In this document: piece after piece, positions 49,440-63,354 of the stretch | Layout: every line of letters begins with the position of its first letter | Numbering within the stretch: position 1 is the stretch's first letter | Assembly: GCF_000143415.4 (NCBI RefSeq) | Contig: NW_003314299.1 | Coordinates: 914,063 to 978,062 of the forward strand | DNA from: Selaginella moellendorffii | Lineage: Eukaryota; Plantae; Lycopodiophyta | DNA: 64,000 nt | Direction: 5' to 3' | Translations under genes and position numbers: made by a program | Notes under the pieces: generated by a model | Told to the model about the DNA's origin: nothing | What the model saw: only the letters and a program-made list of their open reading frames with translations | Database searches by the model: none

Positions 49440-52400
49440 ACATTTATATTGCATTTTATTGAATCAAGTTGACATTTGATATTCACATAAACCTTTGAAA
49501 TAATGACATTGCATTACTTGTGGGTTGCTCAATTGATGATCAAATTATTGTAATTTTATATCATATCCATGTCATAATAAACAATGTGTTTACAAAGTTG
49601 CTTGATTAAATGATGATCAACCCCCAAAGTGGTTGATAGTGAAGTTAGTCTATTTGCAAGTAGTAGTATTAGAGTAGCTTTGACTAAGTTCTTAATAGTG
49701 ATCCATTATGTTAAGTTTGAGTTGGTACCTTGTTTCCTTAAGGATTTGCCTATAAAGTGTTAAAAAGGGTTATAATATTCATTTGTTATGGTTTGCTAGT
49801 TTATCTGTTAGCACTTGGAGTATATGTAGTTGAGGCATTGATATCACTAATATTTGTGTTAGTGAAAGTGGCATTATAGTTGAGTGATAAGGAATTTTTC
49901 TTAAAACTTGATTTTTCATATCATTTTTTTTGTTAGTGTTTTGGCTTCACATTAAATTTTGAAGGTGATTAAAAAAAAGTGTTAATGCAATGTGGATATC
50001 CAAAGATATGGTCTTTGTGATTAAGCCTTAGATGTTCATTTAGCATTTTGCAAATGTCAATGTTGGATGTCAAAAATATAGGCATGATGTTCAATGCTTA
50101 GACATACTATTGGGTTATGAAAATTGGTGTTGAAGTAAATCTATATGAAGTTGTTAATAGAAGGAAGTTAGTTGAGTCTTGAAAGTTTATATTCCTAGAT
50201 TGAGAGTTATTCTTTCTCTAGGATGAAAATTTTCCACAAATTTTCTTAGGCATTCCAATGGTTAACATGTTGATCACTTTGCTCAAAAACCATTTCATTT
50301 TCATAAGTTAATACAAACTAATGAAAGGGTTGGAGTTGACTTTAGTTGGCTTAAACCTTAGTAAGTAGTTTGTATGATGCAATTTAAAAGGGATGTTGAC
50401 TTTGGGGTTAAAACAATTGTGTTAGTTAGAGTCTGGAGTTGGTGAAGAATAGTGGTAGTTACACTTTAAAAAAGTGACTCTTGTGCCTTTCTTCTGTAGT
50501 GCTATGCTAGGTGGTAAATTGCACTTTATATTTCATTAAACTCTATTAGAGTAATGAGCTCTCACTGATTTTAACTTAGTCTTAGTAGCTTTGTGCCTTA
50601 GTTGAGGATGGTAATATCCAACTTAGTTATTTGAGGTTGAGATGTTAATACTCATACTACAACTTTGTTTATAAAGAGGTTGTGTACTAATATGAATCCA
50701 TTTCATGGTCTTCACTTTAGTTTTGACTAAATGTTAATCATGCATAGCTAGCTTTTTCAAAGCATGCTTAAAGGTATTAATTAGATGTATTTGTGAGCTT
50801 ATTATGGTTGAGTTGGATTTGAGTGGTCATTTAGTTCATGCTTGTCCATGAACTTTTATCTCATACTTGGGGTATTATGTTCATGTTGGACAAGCATATG
50901 ACTTGATGACAACAATTGGTGTTTAGGTTTTATGAAGGCAAGTTGAAAAATGATTATTGGTTGCTTTGCGATTAGTGGTTGTTTATAGATTTTGTCAAAG
51001 ACTATTGACACTTATTTCGCTCAATGATGATTTAGCAGTGATAAACTTGCTTTACTAGATGGTGTTGTAGAGGATCGTATCATGACTTGCATGGTTTTTC
51101 CATGTTAGCATGTCAATTCCTTGGTCAATATCATTTGGTTATGTTTAGTCCATAGTGTTGGATTTCATGGAGTCTTGGATGTGATGATTCACTCCTTGAT
51201 GAAGTGTTGTCTATAACTGAGTAATGTTGAAAGGTTAGTCTCAAATATTAACTAAGGTATCTTTGACTTTAGTTAGCTTAGTTGCTAAAAACTTTTGAGT
51301 GGTGATTCAATTTTGCTTTCTTTTAGCTTTATTCTAGTGTTGATGGCATTGAAGTGATGTGTTGTTATTGACATTATTGATATTAAGATTCAAGTGAAAT
51401 AAGATGTCTTTCCATAGGGTTAATATTGAGTTTTATTAGTCTTGATATAGATAGTGTTGATGATTTGGCTATAGCTATGTGTTATTAACATTCATGCATT
51501 TACTAATTAGAAACTATATTGACATTTAAACAAATTAAGTGGCAAGTTAAGTTAGTTGTGTTTTAGATAAGATTGTTTAATAGGGGTTAAGCTTTAGCTT
51601 TTCCTTGAAAAGTGATTTAGCTATGGACTAAACTAGCTTTACGAGAGGAAGAGTTAGTGATCAATATTGAAGATGTTGGTTCCTTATTAAATTTGCATTT
51701 AAGATATATCGATTATTGATAAATTTTTTTGTGTGCCTGTTATGAAGTGAATTACGTTTTGCTATAGCTAGATTCATGGAGGATCGGTTTAATAATCATT
51801 TGTTGAGTATAGTTCCATTATGCTTGGTTTTTGTATTGATGTAAATATACTCTTCATTAACTTTGGCATTATGAAATTTAGTTTATGGATGTGTTGAGAA
51901 GTATATTATATTGTACTATGATTTCTTTCTTAGCAGTTTATTTATAAAGTTTATTTATACAAAATTTGTGATCATTATTAAGCAAGATTTAGCTATAAAC
52001 TTTTTTGAGCTTTTGATTTCTTAAGTTTTTATATTCATTGTTCCATTTGTTATATGTTATTGGGGAAAATATTTTTGGCTCATTAGCTTCAATGTTAAAG
52101 TTAACCTTCGCATCTAGTAATCATTGATAATGAATGATTATCATCTTGGGATAGTTGATTGTTTTCATTAAGAGATTTACTTGATTATTGTTGATATAGA
52201 ATGATTTACCATTCTTTAGAATGGTTGATTCTTTATTTGACAATAATTATACATTTTTTCATTGATGGGATGATTGATTATATTTTATGATAGTTAGTTG
52301 TTCTCTTTAATAGATTATGGCTTTTTGCATTATCACAAAATTTTTATAGTTTGTTCTAAATTGGTCTCTTAGGTTTGAGATGCTAATAAGATGTTGTTGA

Positions 52401-53422
52401 CACTTGCTTAAGCAACTTGAATTCCTTTGTATTGTTAACTAGAATCTATTTAGATTGGCTAATACGATAGTTGGCATGAATGAGTGTTTGTTGGTCTTGC
52501 AATATTCATTCTATTCTATTGATTATTATTACAGTTGGTTTTGATAAATTGAATGTTATTCCTTTGGGTTATACATTCGCGAGCATTTTGCTTATCTATC
52601 AATGATACTTTGCATTCTTTTAGTTGTCATTTGTAAGTTGTTTAATATACTATTTGCAATCTTTGATAGTTAAGTTTTCTCATTGAGTATCCTTGATAAT
52701 ACATTAACTATTGAATTTTGTTAGATAGTAAATCCTATGTTTTCTAACTATAGTGATCTTGGTGGTTCCTCTATGCTAATATGGGTTTATCAAATGATAA
52801 CTTATTTAGAATACTTTTGTGGATTTATTCACTAATAATTAAATTTCTAGGATATCATTGTTTTTGACTTTGATATTGTCCATCTATTGATCTTTGAGTT
52901 TGGGCCAATATAAGCAAACTAACTTTGGCACTTCATGTGGATAGTGAAATCTTTAGTCATAGGGTAACTATTATTGATTGGTCATATCACTCACTTCTTT
53001 TTCGATGTTTCTTATTTTGTTAAAAGGGCATGACCATGTAAACAACTCTAACTACCTGCTTATAATAGTCTATCTAAACCTTACTGATGGGTTTGGTTTT
53101 TTTGCTCATGAAGGTTGGGCCTCTGGATTCTCTCTCTATATCTCTATGGGTAGGAGTGTATCACATTTTTGTAAGCTAGGTGACATCAAGAATAGCAAAG
53201 GTGGATGACTTCATTGATCATTTCCTTATCAGTAACGGCCAGAAGGTGTCTGAGTTGGTAGTGCATCTACGTTAAATAAAAAGGTTATTTTAACTTATTT
53301 AAGTTGGTGCATTTCTCACATAGTATGCACATTGTGAACTTTTTATAAAGTAGTTTCCTTGGCGGTGTTCTAGATTGGAGTATGCATTAATAAGGACGTC
53401 AATCTTCCTTAAAGAGGGGAAG

Positions 53423-54307
53423 TGTTGTGAATGACTTTAGGTATCGAAAGTTACTTGCCAATTAGTCCTTTTGGATATTCTTTCCTTACTGCCATGATGG
53501 TAGGAAGTTAGTATTACTAGACCCATTATTAATTCCCACTTAAGCTAGTTAAGAAATTAATCAATGACTGTGCACTTAAATCGGATAAATATAAGGTTTC
53601 CTATAAACCTATATATTTCTTGTTGAGCATACTTGGCTTGGTTTAAGAAACTTCTATTTTGACACAATAGTGTTTATCCCATGTCCAAATTCGTAATTTA
53701 GGGACATTTTATATTTAGTAAGTTTTGAGCTTGTCCTAGAGACTAACTCCAGGTACTAAAGGAGGCTTAGGGTGAAATCCCAATGTGTGTGTTCCTTTGG
53801 GGGGGTTATAAAGGGTTTTAAATGTATAATAAAGATAGTGGATAGGTTAGGCATGGTTCACTAATGTAAGGGATAATTTAGCTTCTGCTTGTATGTTTGT
53901 CCTTGTTTTGTGTCCAACTTGGGTTTAAACCCAAGTTCCACATCATGCTAGTCAATGGAGTACCCATATCCTTGCATTAAGCCACCAGTATGCTGAAATA
54001 GTGCTAAACTCTATTTAGCTTTATTTTGCATGTTAGTTCTGGTTGTACTCCTATCCCTTCGCTCCTTGGGTTGTATGCTTAAGATCATTCCATGCTCCAG
54101 TGCCATTGCTCTTTGACTTTATGCTTAGGAGTTTAGCTTTGTTCCTTTATTTAGTGGCCCAATGCCCTGAAACTCCACTATCCTTTAAACTTGTGGCATG
54201 TGGCATATGGCATGTGACATATAGCATATAAAGGCTTTATGTTTTGCTTTGTGGTTATCCTATGGTAAATCACTATAGAATAAAAGGTGAAAACTATATG
54301 TGCTATA
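53423..54307 (+). repeat. 3' LTR of family A copy 1
   Basis: Starts TGTTGTGAATG after the PPT. Homologous to the other family A LTRs, with many C>T/G>A changes and an internal deletion. Confidence 0.85.
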
Positions 54308-56379
54308 TTATATCCCCTTTCAAATGTCTTTATTGACCATCAACTAATAACCCCTACTGAATCAAGAAGAATTACCTTTTAGAGATGTCAATATCTTCAT
54401 TAACAATAAATTAACAACTCTTTCAACTCTACTGAGCTAAGGGAAACCACTTTTCAAATATGTCAATGTCCTCATTCACCATCGACTAACAATCCCTATT
54501 TACAAATAGGAATTAGCACCTCTATTTCTGTATTAAATTAATCAATCCTGTACTCCTATGATAGATACTTTCTTCCATATAGATGCACTACAAGACATTT
54601 ATGGATGCTCAATACATATGATTTTAATTTTTATGTATAAAAATATACCATACTCAAGGGTATATTATATTTTAATTATCCACTAATCAATATGAATCAA
54701 ACCCATGCTATTTACTCGAATACCACATGTAGTACACCTTATTTCTCTCAACTAAAAAAGAGGCAATTGCTTGATTTCAATAACAATAACCCTTATTGGC
54801 TAGATCAAATGGTCCAAAAAGTTGAGTGTTAATGTCAGTTAACATATGCCTATGACATGTGTCACCTTCTTCTCTTGCCCAAGCAATTGGCAACCTCCCA
54901 CTATAGTATTATTCACTAAGACATGGTTAAAAAATAACCCTTTGATAGTTACCCTATAAGACAAATGCCATTGGTTGGATTTGACAGTCTAAAAAGTTTG
55001 GTAATTACTTCTTATGATTATAGATTTTTAGGCTAGTATTGCCCAATAAATTCTAGGACGATATGATGAAATTGTTTATTAATAAATTGTGTAAAATTAT
55101 TAATCAAATGCATATTATCAGAGATTAAATTTAATTTAAAAATAAATAAATGATTAATTAACTCAAGATAATTAGTAAAATCTACAGCAAAATTATTTCA
55201 GAACTTGGTTTATGACCAATTTGAGCTAGAACAATAAGAAAGTTTAGTGTTTACTTATTTACTATTTACACCACTTTACTAATTACACTATATTTATATA
55301 TACATATATAACTGTGCATTCACAGCAAATGCATAATAAAATATAGCACCCTATATGATTTCTCTAGGTTCACACTCTAGACAGTAACTGTTAAGAGGCT
55401 CTTAAGCTAGAGAACAAAAGTTTTTTGGGATATAATTTAATAATGATAGTGTACATTCTTTAAACACTTGAAAAAAGAGCACATAAAACTTTAGAGTCTA
55501 GATGTGAAAGCTTGTTCACAATTTTCTTTCCCAGTTTCCTAGGGCCTAGACTAAGAAAAAACAAATTACAAGGAGCTCTCTTGAAGCTCTTCATTATTGG
55601 TTGCCCCATATCTATCTTCACATTTATCATCTTTCTCCATATATACTTTTAGAACTTCACTGTGTAGATTTTCGGGTAATAGCCTCCCTAGACTTCTAAC
55701 TTTAAGCATTCCTTGTATAGATTGCCTACACAACAAATTGATATAAACTTGGAGAGAGAGAAAATAAAAAGAGATAATACATGTATTTTATCCAGCACCA
55801 AGTTTAATGGATATTGCAATGCCAGCATTTTTCTTTTTTGACAAATTACATGCTGCTGCACATGGAAAGGACAAACTGCGTATGTGAGAAAAAAAAACTA
55901 GTGAGAAACAAGAATTCCTAGAATCCTTACCAACAAATCACACCCTACCTTCATGTTAAACTTTGTTTAAAAACCCTAGGCATTAATGACCACCACTCAA
56001 GAAAACTCCCTTAACTCCCCATTCCAAGGATTTACATGTTTTAGGACAAAAGTGTGAGAGGCAGCACCACCACTAATTGATCATACTTTAGATGGATGAA
56101 CCTTAGAAGAAAAGCACTAAGATAGCTATTGCAGCCCAGCTATAGTAAAAGAGAATCTCTTGGAACCTTTGCAGCTGAAGGAGCTACCAACATAACCCAA
56201 CCTGTGTAAACTCTTTCATCACATCAAGAACAGGGAGATCTTACCTCACAAACCAATTCATCTACTTAACACACTCCATCTACGTTGACATCTTGAAACT
56301 ACAAAATCTCTAACTGCCACATTCCTACTCACTCTCACTGATCACACAAACACAAACCCATATGTGAGAGCAAACACTT

Positions 56380-56785
56380 GTCACATTTATGTCTTACCTT
56401 GCTTTGTTTAATAACAAACAAAGATGTTGTGATCCTTCTTGCAGATGATGGGCTTGTGTGTGTGTGTTTTGGAGCAACCACAATAACTTGAAAATAGTTG
56501 TGCACTTATTGGCAAGCAAAAAATCATCCTAATTTTTCCAAAAACCATGGAAACCAAGACATGTGGTTTAAAGGTTGGGGGAGCCTCCCAACCAACACAA
56601 GAGCAAGCACTTGTTATATTTGTGCTTTACCCTACTTTATCCAATAACAAACAAAGATGTTATGATCCTCTTTAGGCTTGTGTGTGTGTATTTTGGAGCA
56701 ACCACAACAACCTGAAAACAATCATGCACCTATTGGCAAGTAGAAGATCATCTTGATTTTTCCAAAAACCATGGAAATCAAGGTT
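56380..56785 (+). repeat. Local direct duplication of ~170 bp
   Basis: AATAACAAACAAAGATGTT...TTTTGGAGCAACCACAA...TCCAAAAACCATGGAAA occurs twice. Confidence 0.8.
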
Positions 56786-58559
56786 GGTCTAGACATGTTC
56801 CTAAACTCTTGGATCTCAAACAACTGCCATTGCAAAATGAAATCTTGATTAGGTCATAGAGAAACAAACCATATGTATAGCATTTTTATCTATTCTTGCA
56901 AGCTAAATTGTGCTAGTATTTCCAAACCATCACAACAATTTTCTCAAAACCATAGCTACTAACACTCTTCTAAACCTAGCCCAAACTAAAAATGGACTGC
57001 AGAGGGAGGTTAGGAAATTCTTATATATTGTGGACCACCAAAGGGTGGGTTAAATGTATAAAAATTCCAAAATATTCTATGCAGTACATAACTTAAATGA
57101 GTAAATACCTTTTTGGTATTAAAGTAAGATTATTTTTATAAAAGGGATAAAGATATAACAATCCAAAACACCTTTTTTCTCATGAAAATAAAAAAATGAT
57201 GAACCAAATACTTTGTAGTTTCTAATAGAAATTTAAACTTATACCAATGAAATAGAATGTGAAAAATTTTGCAAAATGGAAGCTGAGAGTGCATTGTGTA
57301 GTGCGACATAATGGATATGTCCAAGACATGCACATTGTCATGGGTGACCTAGTCACCACAACTCAGAGAAAAGCCACCCTCATAGCACAATTTAACATAA
57401 AGAAAAGAAAAAAAACAATTACCTTACCAGTACACACATTTTGCAAATTCTGTGGGAGGCAAGTTCTGACCTAAAGAAGTCTCCAAAGCAAAAACTTAAG
57501 CATGAGAAAGACTGAAAAAAGTTATTGAAAAAAGCTATTCGCACCTGCTTTTTATTTTTGAAATGTGTTAAATTTAAGTGAAAAATACATTCACACTATG
57601 TTTTAAAATAAAGTAAATTACTTTACATTAAAATTTAGGATATTTTTTAAAAACATTTTCATTCGCAAATAGTGCTAACTTTAACACAATGTTTTCACTT
57701 TTTAAAACATTTAGACCAAAGAAAATCAATTTTAAAAGATGGAGGGGGGGGGGGGGGGTTCTTTTAATCTTAAAATATTTTTAAAAGGAATCTCTAAGAT
57801 TCCCCAAAGATTCCAATCCCATGATTAGGGCATTTCAGTTTTTTGCTGTGAGCTAGGATTGCCGTGAGCTCAGGCATTGATGGCGGGGGAGCCGACAGCA
57901 ATCATCACCCTAGGGTTAGATCATGTTGGGGATTCAGTGGAGGAAGGAGGAGCAGCTGATTTTGGGAAGGAGGAGTTGTAGGGTTTGACGAGGAGATGGT
58001 GTGGGTTTGGGGCAGCGGCATCCAGCACAGAGGTGTTGCTCATGGAGTGAGGAGCAACTGTGGTGGAGGAGCATTTGGGGCTAGAGGACGGACACTAGGC
58101 CCAGCTGTCACTCGAGGAGGCAAGCTGCCTCGGGGCCGAGGCCATAGAGATGCTGAGCTCGCAAATCTTGGCCTCAATAAGGGCGGACCTAGAGCTGGAG
58201 CACAGGGAGCTATAGCATGGGGAACTAGAGCATGGGGAGCTGGATCCTTTCCCATGGCTTCTAGAACTCAATTGTTCTCTAAATTCTCTTCTACAACAAC
58301 CAGCAAGGTAAGCTTCATCCTGAGTTTAGCTGAAAGTTTCTAGGAGAGTGGTTTCGGGTTTAGGGTGGCAAAGCAAGTGACCTGGAGCAGGAGCAATCAC
58401 CAGGACAGCAGTACATGCAGCTATGGTTTCATAACTTGGAGGAGTAGGATGACATTGCCGTTGAACAAGAGGTGGAAGAAGATGATGGGGGTGATGAAGA
58501 GGAGGGTGATGATGACGAGGAAAGGGAGGTGGGTGTTCATGTCACGAAGAAACTGAAGA

Positions 58560-59300
58560 AGAAACATGGGGAAAACTGGGGGGATGATGAGATGGCTTCC
58601 TTCATTGACTTCAAACGGGAAGATCACCTTGAAAGATTGGGGTAGTGTGGGGCAGCAAGGAGATGACAATTACAGCAACTACTCGCTAAAAGAGGATTGT
58701 GAAGAAGATGCAAGCTGCTGGCATGCAATGGGACTGGAAGGCTTGTTGGACTTGCTGGAACAACCTTTGCAACGACTACAAGTGTATTTGTGATTTCCAG
58801 AGGAAAACTAGGAACCCCGACTACTTTAGCTTAAGCCATGAGGATGTGAGGTGGCTTATGCCAGTGAAGCTGAACTTGAAGGTGTTCCCAATAGAGTACT
58901 TCAACATCATGGATGAATTTTTGGCAAAGCAAGCATCAACATCTCCAACGTTTCTCTTGCTGATTTAGATGCTTTGGAGGAGGAAGCTCACGAGGAGGAT
59001 CCCACAGATGGTGTTGATCCTCCTGGAGATGCTACATAGGTGATAGGGAGTTCAGAGAAGCGGAACAACCCAAAGAAGGCCGAGAAAAGCATGAATACTT
59101 TGCTTGGTGAGGGGAATGCTCTCGTTGCTGCTCGAAATGAGTAGAATCTAGCATGGCAAAAGAAGAGCATTGTTTGCATGAAGGAGAATAGCCTAGTTGA
59201 GAAGGAAAAGGCTGCAGTTGCAATAGTTTTAGTTGGAGCCATCTCCAACCTTGCAAACTCCATCTCCAACTTCTTGAATGGGGCTGCATCCAGGAGTTAG
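58560..59300 (+). pseudogene. Harbinger Myb/SANT (trihelix-like) DNA-binding protein
   Basis: Trp-spaced trihelix pattern (WDWKACWTCWNNLCNDYK), preceded by an acidic stretch and followed by a coiled-coil-like tail. Frameshifted. Confidence 0.7.
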
Positions 59301-59569
59301 CTGTCTTGTTTTCAGGATTTTAGGGGGACGTTAATTATTAATATTAAACTAAACTATGTTTAAGCTATGATATTCTAGATTTCTTCTAACCTTTTTTCTT
59401 TTCGGGATCTTGCAATAGTTCAAACCGAGGAAATAGAACATGCTTCTAGGGAAAACCAGAGAGATGCTCAGGAAGAACGTGATTCTTTCAACAATCAGGC
59501 AGCAGTCATCGATGCCTTGTTGAGGAACAAGTAATCTTGCTTCTTTTACAAGTTTTGCTTCTCACCGTG

Positions 59570-60700
59570 GAGGCTTTTCAATCCATCATCAATGACAAAA
59601 CCCTGGTGGCACAAACTCTTCCAAACGAGGAGGAGGATGAAAACAAGCTTCGTCAAGTAGTCTTATCCAAGCGACTTGACACCAGTCTCTAGTGGGTGAA
59701 GCCATGGTGTATGACAACATGGAGTAAGTTCTTCATGGAGTTGTATGACCCCTGTTGATGAAAGCAGAAGCTAAGGATGGAGAAGATGACATGGCTTTAT
59801 GGCATTCTAGAGGCTGAAATCTGCAAGCAGGATATGAAGTTTGGGAGAGCGGTGCTAGTGGATGTTCGTCTTGTACAAGTTGTTCAAGAACACTAACTAC
59901 TCCGACCTGTCTGACAAGTTTGGGATTGGAGAAGCCATTGCACATGACATTGTGGTGCAGACAATTGCTGCAATCGTCAAGTGCCTCAGGTACAATATTC
60001 AATTCCTAGAGACAGCAGCAGAGGTTAGAGTTATGGCAGAAGATTTTCAACAAATCACCAAGACCCATCTCCCTAATGTGGCTGGGGCAATCGACTGTAC
60101 ACATTTCGAGATTATCCAACCAGTTGGCCCGGATGGTGAGGGCTACTTTGATCGAAAGCAGTGGTACTTAGTGATCTTGTAAGGGGTTTACGATGCTCAA
60201 AAATGGTTCTTGAGTATTGGCTGGCCAGGTAATTACTTTTAATTTTTTTCTTCTATATATCTAATTGGTTTATTTTTTTCCCCAGGGAGTGTTCATGATA
60301 TGAGGGTTTTTCGGAACTCTAAGCTATGCCACAAGATCCAAGCAAGGGAATTACTCACAATTCCTTAGAGTTTGCTTTTGATGAGTGGATTGAGCCATAC
60401 CTGGTGGGAGACAAGGGCTACCAGCTATAGTAGCACTTAATGATCCCTCACTTAGGTAAGTTGATTGTTTTTTTTTTTTCAATTATTCATTTGAAATAGG
60501 TTCCCGGTTGATGGTGACTGAGGCGGAGTACAACCAGCAACACTATCTGGCCCAGATTGTTATTGAACAAGCATTTGAACTCCTGAAAATGAAATTCAGA
60601 TGCAAGGATCAAGCTAAAGTATTTACTGAACATCATCAAAGGTTGTTGCATCTTCCACAACTTCTTGATTGATGTTGGTGAGACAAACATCAATGTTAAG
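59570..60700 (+). pseudogene. Harbinger/HARBI1-like DDE transposase
   Basis: Motifs YSDLSDKFGIG, PNVAGAIDCTH, YFDRK, GWPG|SVHD, YLVGDKGY, IEQAFELLK, CCIFHNF. Short introns; stops. Confidence 0.88.
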
Positions 60701-61211
60701 ATTAAAGCATGGGAGAGATACATTCAAGTCTTGAAGGAAGTAAAGATTTGTTAATATTACGGGGATCCTGTCGTGGCTGAGTGAAAACCATAAGAAGACT
60801 TGCATGGGCCAGAGGATGCATAGGAGGTCCAAGAAAACCTAACCAACTTCATATGATTGCATTGTCATAGAACTATGTGATTGCTATGTTCAAGTTTAAT
60901 ATTTGAAATTTGAAATTTAAAATTGAAATTTAGGGTTAGCATTTCAAATTTGATTTGAATTTGAAATTTTAAAATATTTTAAAACATGTTCGAATGTATT
61001 TTGAAGACATAGTCAGGTGTGAAGTCACTAGTGCTCTATGTCACTAAATTTTTACCACAAAAACCTTTGCAAGTGGGAATGAAAATGTTTTAAAATGTAT
61101 ACTTAAAGCTTAAAATAACTTAAAAACTACTCAAGTGTGAATGCAGCAGTCACAAAAATTAAAATACATGTTTTAAAATATTTTTATATAAAGCACAAGT
61201 GCGAATGGCTC

Positions 61212-61856
61212 ATCATTCACAAACATAAAAAATCGTGCCTAAACTGGAGACCTCAAAAGCGGCAGGCCTCAGTGGATTTTGGACCAAGCATTCACAAACG
61301 CAAAGAATGACGATCCATCCAGCATCACTTCGGCCGTTAAGATCCCCAATGCGATCCCACCACATTTGAACTTTGTCACCTATATTCAGGAATTCCATGA
61401 AATATTGAAGAATTAACTGCCATATCAAGAAACCTGCCTAATCTTTGAAGACCGGAGCAGTGTCTGGATCTGTGATGGCCACTTCCGAAGGATTGAGATG
61501 CTGCTCGATGGAGCAAGATGCCATGCTTTTCCAATCACTGAAGCTGGCATTGGGGGCACCCGCCTCCACAAACAAGATGCCAGCGTCATTGCAATCCACC
61601 TCCAGCTTGTGACCATCTTCCACCCTGCACACCTGCCCTGCCAAGACATAAAACGGGGCAAGCACTCTGGACAGCGAAGCTCTCAAGCTCGCAACAAGAT
61701 CATCCCTGCTAGATGGCGGAAAATAGTAGACTTGCTTGGTGTAATTCTCAAAGGAGATGTGGAAGTCGAGATTGGAGAGCTTGTGAATCTGGGGCTGTGG
61801 AGTCGGAGTTTCGGGCTTGACAGTCCAAGACCCAACACCATCACAACACTAGCCAT
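61212..61856 (-). pseudogene. BAHD acyltransferase 5' part (exon 1 and start of exon 2), truncated at the Harbinger TIR
   Basis: MASVVMVLGSWTVKP..LSNLD..LSRVLAPFYVLAG..VDCNDAG, then an intron, then VTKFKCGGIALG..EVMLDG..FVNAWS. Stops present. Confidence 0.88.
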
Positions 61857-62408
61857 ATAGGAACATACACAAATGTAATATATATATATATATATATATA
61901 TAACACAAAGGTTGTACAGTTATGAAATCTTATAGGTAAAGGTATTTATATTTATGGTTTTATCTTGAATTTAGTTTTGCATTTTCATTAGTTATATTAA
62001 TCATTTAAAAAATAGGGGTTTAAAGTAATAAATGATACGGGTTTGAAGCCGTGATTATACTGGCAGAGCTAAAGAGCCAATCCAGCTTTTCCTACATGCA
62101 TTCTTCCAGAACAAAGAAGAGCATTCTCTTTTGTAGTCCAAGGCCCACGCGAAAGAAACAAATGGCCTAATGAGGAGGTTAAGGGCAAGCCCATACTGAA
62201 CTAATACAATCTGGAGGACTTTTTTGTCCCACGTAGGTAGTATACAGGTTTCTTTAGAACTGTACAGACTACGTTAGCCACGTGGGTTTATCAATAAGAT
62301 TCTTACCAAGAACTAAACTCGATCGGACGGTTGCCAATGGTGCGATCAATTTAATTAGTGCGTGAAGACCAGGGAATATAAATAGAATTAGATGCGAACT
62401 CACAAAGC

Positions 62409-63161
62409 TATAGTGTGCAATTCGTAAAAGGGTGGAATTACAGCAGCGTATATCACTCACAATACAGTGTCTATGTGGCAGTTTTCTATTGGTTCAGCAT
62501 AAAACCCCACCCCATAAGGTAGAAAAACATTTCATTTACAATCGCTAAAACTCTTTCTACCTCTACTCCATCCTCGCAGTGGGTATCGATATATCAAACA
62601 ATGGGACAAACCCAACTCCTCCCCGAGGGCCATATAAATAAATATCCCCCATCCCCACTATGTTGCCTCTGTTTGGATCCCTCTCTCCCTCTCTCTTTTC
62701 ACTCGTTTGATCCCATCTATCCAGTTCTTCTGTTTGTGAATTGCCAATCTTGAAGTGGAGGACAATGTGTTTTTCGAGTAGCAGCAGCAACGGTCTTGCT
62801 CATCATGGCTTCTAGCTTTCACTCTTCTGGTCATCCATATCATGGGACTCTTTCTCTTGCATCAAGCCCGAAAGAGGTGACTTCCAAGCTCCACACAACT
62901 CCACAGTTGATTCACACGCTCATCCACCAGTGCCCCATGCTTGTCATCTGTGCAAGCTCTTGCTGCGTGAGCCCAAGCATAGCATAGGCCATTGCTATGG
63001 GCATGAAGCCCCATCTGTGGCATAAGGATTGGATATTTGTGAAATATTTTATGCTTGTGTTTTTTCCACACTCATATTACATGTGGACCAATAGCAGCCA
63101 AACACGTATTATGAGTGAAATACACTTGTAATTTCCACTCTTTTCCGAATTGCACGCCATA
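62409..63161. mobile_element. ~750-bp non-autonomous TIR element (MITE/Pack-like)
   Basis: ~60-bp imperfect terminal inverted repeats (GTGCAATTCG.AAAAG.GTGGAA.TTACA..GTAT.TCACTCA.AATAC). Absent from the paralogous site at ~16033. Confidence 0.75.
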
Positions 63162-63354
63162 CCCTTCCACATGGAGAGCTGTAGCTCTGGAAAAGCTGGA
63201 AGAACTAAAAGCTATTTCCCGTGTACCACAACCATCATCTAGCATCGAACCAGGGCAGATTATTTACAACTTTCGTACTCGTCCTCCCTGGCTGCAAGTA
63301 AACAGCCAGTTGAGCTTATCCAGTGGGATATTCTGCGGGGAGGATCAAATACAA

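Larger units (their letters stand above)
16850..54307 (+). mobile_element. Non-autonomous (LARD-like) LTR element, family A copy 1; outermost host of the nest
   Basis: 5' LTR 16850-17703 (5'-truncated, ends ACTACA). Met-type PBS remnant TGGTATTAAAG at 17706. PPT AAAGAGGGGAAG, then 3' LTR 53423-54307. The internal region matches copy 2 once the Tat insert is removed. Confidence 0.82.
57532..61211 (+). mobile_element. PIF/Harbinger DNA transposon (degenerate)
   Basis: Imperfect TIRs AAGCTATTCGCACCTG / CAAGTGCGAATGGCTC. Encodes a Myb/SANT-like protein and a HARBI1-type transposase in tandem. No intact TSD. Confidence 0.75.

Noticed and set aside
55490-55730. Minus-strand exon-like segment with faint cystatin resemblance (duplicated at 14820-15050)
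   Set aside because: No QxVxG motif and several stops; the product cannot be supported
57140-57480. Exon-like minus-strand pieces as the continuation of the BAHD gene beyond the Harbinger element
   Set aside because: No BAHD similarity (no DFGWG) and no TSD linking the two flanks
62860-63070. PPR-like fragment (AC..HGALVDE) inside the MITE
   Set aside because: Similarity is too short to call
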